NCBI RefSeq assembly: GCF_009914755.1
Contig: NC_060934.1
Length of the DNA stretch: 64,000 nt
DNA from: the human T2T-CHM13v2.0 reference genome, Homo sapiens
Reading direction: 5' to 3' (one strand)
The notes under the pieces were generated by a model. It was not told the DNA's origin, ran no database searches, and worked only from the letters and a program-made list of their open reading frames with translations. The translations under genes were made by a program, and so were the position numbers. Shown piece by piece: positions 56,588 through 64,000 of the stretch. How positions within the stretch are numbered: position 1 is the first letter of the stretch; each line of letters opens with the position of its first letter.

Positions 56588-56815
56588 GCTGGGCGTGGTG
56601 GCTCATGCCTATAATCCCAGCACTTTGGGAGGCCAAGGTTGGGTGGATCACCTGAGGTCAGGAGTTCGAGACCAGCCTGGCCAATATGGTGAAACCCTGT
56701 CTCTACTAAAAATACAAAAATTATCTGGGCATGGTGGCGCACACCTGTAGTCCCAGCTACTTGGGAGGCTGAGGCAGGAGAATTGCTTGAACCCGGGAGA
56801 CGGAGGTTGCGGTGA
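56588..56815 (+). mobile_element. AluS lacking its 3' ~55 nt and tail
   Basis: Ends at gaggttgcggtga; flanked by taaaaatatt(g/a)ttc on both sides. Confidence 0.9.
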
Positions 56816-57349
56816 AATAAAAATATTATTCGCTTGTCTCCTAGCCTTCATTTTTTTATGAAAAGCCTGACATTATTTATATCGTTACTCCTAGATACCT
56901 AACATCCCCTTTTTCCTTGGCTCCGTTCAAGGTTTTATCTTTATCACTCGTTTTCAGCAGTTCTGACTGTGATGGGCCTATATGTGTTGTTTTCTTTGTA
57001 TTTTTAACATGACTGGGGTTTGCTGATCTGAAATCAGAAAGCCGCTAGTTTTCACAAAATTTGGGGAAGTATTTGATCACTATTTTTATAACTTCTTTGC
57101 TGTACCGTTCTCTTCTCCCTTCCTTGGACTCCAGCCACGCATATATTCTAGATAATCCAGAATTGTCCCACACAGTGACTAAGACCGATCTTTTTTTTTT
57201 CTTTTCTTAATCTCCTTTTTTTCTCTCTGTTCTTCAGTTTATATGATTTCAGTTTATCTATCTTTTTTTTTTTCGGTTTATCTGTCTTCATTGACCTTTT
57301 CTTCTGTCACTTCCAGTCTGCTTTTTAAGCCTCTCCAGTAAATTTTTTG

Positions 57350-58001
<652 letters not shown>

Positions 58002-59302
58002 TAGTTTATTTTTGGTTTTTCATTTTCTGGTAGAATTTTTCATCTGTTTATTCATTGTGATCATATCTTTTATTGCTATGTTCAAGTTTGAACATATCTA
58101 TTATAGCTTCTTTAGAGCTATAATATGTGCTAATTTCTACAACTAGGTCTTCTCAGGGTTGGTTTTTGGTTCATTTTTCTCTTGACAATGGATCCCATTT
58201 ATCTCCTTTTTCTCATTTTTAGTAATTTTTGATCATATAACCAACATTATAAATGGTACATTGCAGAAACTCTGAATTCATTTTTTCTTCCTCTGATTAA
58301 ATTACTGGCTGATCACTATGACCTTGTGGAGGCTTGGTTTTGTATTTGTTAAGGTCAGGTGTATTTTGGTTTTGCCCTTAGTCCTAAGACATACTCTTGA
58401 ATCTAAACTCATGGTCTCTTTGAATTTTTAATGGAAAGCCTAAGATGTTATTACATCCCTCTAACTTGATAGAAGTCAAACTCTAAACTCTTTCTCCCCC
58501 CATGAGCAGCAGCTGGAATATCTGCACAGGCCTTTCAACCCTCCAGCTGTTGCTCTCCATTGAAATCCTTGGAATCTCCCCTTCATGTACGTAGTTTGGG
58601 TGTTAGCCATAGATTTGAGGGGAATTTATATGTAATTTTTTAGTCTTCCTCCTTCCCCTGTGGTTCTCTTTCATTTCTGGGATTTCTGTTTTCTATTGCC
58701 AGCCACTATGGCAGTTTTGAACTCTTATCACTTGATATCTCAAGCCAATAGACTGTGGCTTTCAGATTGAATTCTAGTCACCCTGCACCAAGTGGACTCG
58801 TGAGTGCCTTCAGGGGAAAAGCACATAAACATACATCTCACCCAGTGTGGTTCTCTTCTTTCAAGATCAGGCCACTCCTTCCCCATTTTCCGTCTTTTTT
58901 AAGTCGATCTCCAGTGCCTTTATGTAGCTTTAAAATGTTTTTCCTATCTGCAAGAGGGTTTATCTGATACAAACATTTCTGCCATTACTGGAAGCGGAAC
59001 TCTTTGAGTCAAGTTATATTTTTTTCAGCAAATACTGATTACTTCATAAATTTATCTTTAAAACATAGTGAATTTTATTTTAAAAATATTTATGTTTGTG
59101 TGTGTATGAATAGTAAATGTTTGTGGAATTAGACAACGCAAAAGAAATAACAAATCTAGAGCCCAGAATTTACATGCACCAATATTTAAATCTGTACACT
59201 AATTTCTAATGCTCTATTTTTTCATATATATTTTGAAATAATTTTTACTTAAATTATAAGAATAAAACAAGTTGGTAAATTTTTTAAGGTTTAGCCTGTT
59301 TA

Positions 59303-59656
<354 letters not shown>

Positions 59657-59699
59657 CTACTATTTTCCCCATTTTTTCTTAAATTTTATCTATTTTCTT

Positions 59700-61405
<1,706 letters not shown>

Positions 61406-61517
61406 AATTTATACCATCAGTAAAAACTTAAGACTAAAAGGAAACATTTCTATTAATATATTGTCCAGTAATTAATAAGTTTGCTTTTCATAAAGTATAA
61501 CTATAGTATTACCAATG

Positions 61518-61651
61518 TTTTGTTTTGTTTTTGGTAGAGACAGGGCCTCGCTGTGCTGCCCAGGCTGATCTCAAACTCCTAGGCTCAAGTGATTCCCCTG
61601 CCTTGGCCTCCCAAAGTGCTGGGATCACAGGCATGAGCCACTGTGCCCAGC
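61518..61651 (-). mobile_element. FLAM_C-like Alu monomer
   Basis: Antisense left monomer. Confidence 0.88.
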
Positions 61652-61667
61652 TATCACCAGTTTTTAA

Positions 61668-61988
<321 letters not shown>

Positions 61989-62056
61989 TGATTTTTCTAT
62001 TTTATCTCTTCAACATTACCAGATGTACTTAAGGGATAACTTCTAAGGTCTAGATA

Positions 62057-62353
62057 GGCCCAGTGAGGCTGCTCTTGCCTGTAATCCCAGCACTTTGGGA
62101 GGCCGAGGCGGGTGGGTCACCTGAGGTCAGTAGTTCAAGACCAGCCTGGCCAACATGATGAAACCCCATCTCTACTAAAAATACAAAAAATTAGCTGGGC
62201 ATGGTGGCAGGCGCCTGTAAGCCCAGCTACTCGGGAGACTCAGGTGGGAGAATCACTTGAACCTGGGAGGCGGAGGTTGTAGTGAGCCGAGATTGTGCCA
62301 CTGCACTCCAGCCTGGGCAGCAGAGCAAGACTCCATCTCAAAAAAAAAAAAAA
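62057..62353 (+). mobile_element. AluS
   Basis: Full dimer with A-tail. Confidence 0.95.
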
Positions 62354-62547
62354 TAGGTAAGTGTTGGTTTATCTTTTTTCAATGTTCTTTCAATTTTGGT
62401 TTATTTCTCTTTTCTTTTTAAAGCCAAAAGTCAAAGCTTGTATTGAGATTCTTTTATAAAAATATTTCATGATTAGTTTTAAAATAATTTTTTTTTTCTG
62501 GATGGTTTAAAATTTTTTCATTTATTGTTCTGAATAAGAAACATGTC

Positions 62548-62850
62548 AGCTGAGCACAATGGCTCGTCCCTGTAATCCCAGCACATTAGAAGGCTGAGGC
62601 AGGAGGATCACTTGAGCTCAGGAGTTCAAGACCAGTTTAGGCAACATGGCAAAACCCCATCTCTACAAAAAATACAAAAAATTAGCTGGGCGTGGTAGCG
62701 TGCCCCTGTAGTCCCCCACCTACTCTGGAGGATCACTTGAGTCCCAGAGGCATAGATTGCAGAGAGCCAAGATCTCACCACTGTACTTCCAGCTGGGGTG
62801 ACAGAGTAAGACCCTATCTCAAAAAAAAAAAAAAGAAAAGAAAAAAAGAG
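62548..62850 (+). mobile_element. AluJ
   Basis: Diverged dimer; TSD aagaaacatgtc. Confidence 0.9.
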
Positions 62851-62868
62851 AAAGAAACATGTCCTCTG

Positions 62869-62997
62869 TGGGAGGCTGAGGCAGGAGAATCGCTTGAACC
62901 CTGGAGGCGGAGGTTGCAGTGAGCCGAGATCACGCCACTGCACCCCAGCCTGGGTGACAGAGCAAGACTCCATCTGGGGAAAAAAAAAAAAAAAAAA
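62869..62997 (+). mobile_element. 5'-truncated AluS right arm
   Basis: Starts at gggaggctgaggcaggag; TSD aagaaacatg(t/c)cctct. Confidence 0.9.
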
Positions 62998-63402
62998 GAA
63001 ACATGCCCTCTAACTACCTTCAGATCTTGATGGTTTTGAAAGTTTAGAAGGAAAAACAACAAAAATAAATCTTTTCTCAGAACGGTAACTGCTGTTTTAA
63101 ACAGAACTAAGCTCTTCCAATTTGCATTTTAAAATGCTGCATAATCAGTACCCCCAGCTTCCATTAATCATTAATACAGTGAAGCCACTGCTGCTTACAT
63201 ACTTGTTCATGGGCACATCAGTGGCTTTTGTAGCCTCTATCTTTGCCCTCCTTTTCTAACTTACCTCTCAGTTCCCATAAGTCTTAACTTATAGATAAAA
63301 TCTATTTGTGTTTTGACTTGAGAAATAGAGCAGAATTTGAAAACAGGATATGGCAGTATTTCAATATTTTAAAAACCTGTTTCCAACAAATTCTCTTTAC
63401 AG

Positions 63403-63492
63403 ACATACAACAGCTGTGCCAGACTCTGCTTAAACCAAGAAACAGTATGTTTAGCAAGCACTGCTATGAAGACTGAGAATTGTGTGGCCAAA
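63403..63492 (+). CDS. BTRC: BTRC coding exon 4 (90 nt, TYNSCARLCLNQETVCLASTAMKTENCVAK)
   Basis: Acceptor ttctctttacag and donor AAA|gtaagt. Phase 0; the translation continues beta-TrCP1 after exon 3. Confidence 0.97.
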
Positions 63493-64000
63493 GTAAGTAA
63501 TATTGCTCATCAATGTATATTACACCACACCATAACAGTGCCATATCTGTAGGCATCTTTACTCAGTATTGCTTAAGGATTATTACAGGATTATATAGTT
63601 AAGAAAAAAATACAAACAGGCATCATTTTATCTAGAACAGATTGCAAGTTAGATTCTCCACCTCTTAATTGCAACAGAATGTTTTGCTTATGAATTCTGG
63701 TCACTCTTTAGACTGATTCACATTTGTTTCTTGACACTAGTTGTAGATTATCACATATCAGTAGGATTTGTATAAGATAATGTACAATTGTTTTGATAAG
63801 TTTATGGTTTTTAAATACAGTTACGTATAGAGTACATCACATCATTGCAAGGACTGTGAAATATGCTATAGACAACCCAATTATTATATCACTATTATTA
63901 TTTATTGAGTGGCTAATGTTGGAAATACTGCTTTTGTTGATCTTGATCCACATGGACAAGTATGTTTAGTCATGTGTATGGGCTACCTCTTTTTCATGTA

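Overview
Primate (human-like) genomic DNA from inside the BTRC (beta-TrCP1/FBXW1A) gene, transcribed on the + strand. Three short phase-0 coding exons are present: 14363-14470, 46033-46110 and 63403-63492 (canonical exons 2-4). The rest is intron, filled with about 40 Alu elements, old and mid-age L1 fragments, MLT1/MER21 LTRs and DNA-transposon fossils. A ~11 kb Alu-free block (27.2-38.5 kb) and a second ~6 kb one (47.9-53.6 kb) look like developmental-enhancer territory; BTRC neighbours LBX1 in the SHFM3 region. I see no evidence for a new multi-gene system, and nearly all supplied ORFs are repeat or low-complexity artefacts. The best leads are: (1) a candidate 40-nt poison/re-initiation exon behind a 214-nt A-free CU-rich tract just upstream of exon 2; (2) a near-perfect 46-bp-arm Alu palindrome whose arms share private mutations; (3) a homeobox/POU-dense candidate ultraconserved enhancer at 35.7-36.5 kb; (4) YCAY clusters around exon 2; (5) several template-switch-like scars. 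Repeat boundaries and subfamily calls were made by eye and are approximate.
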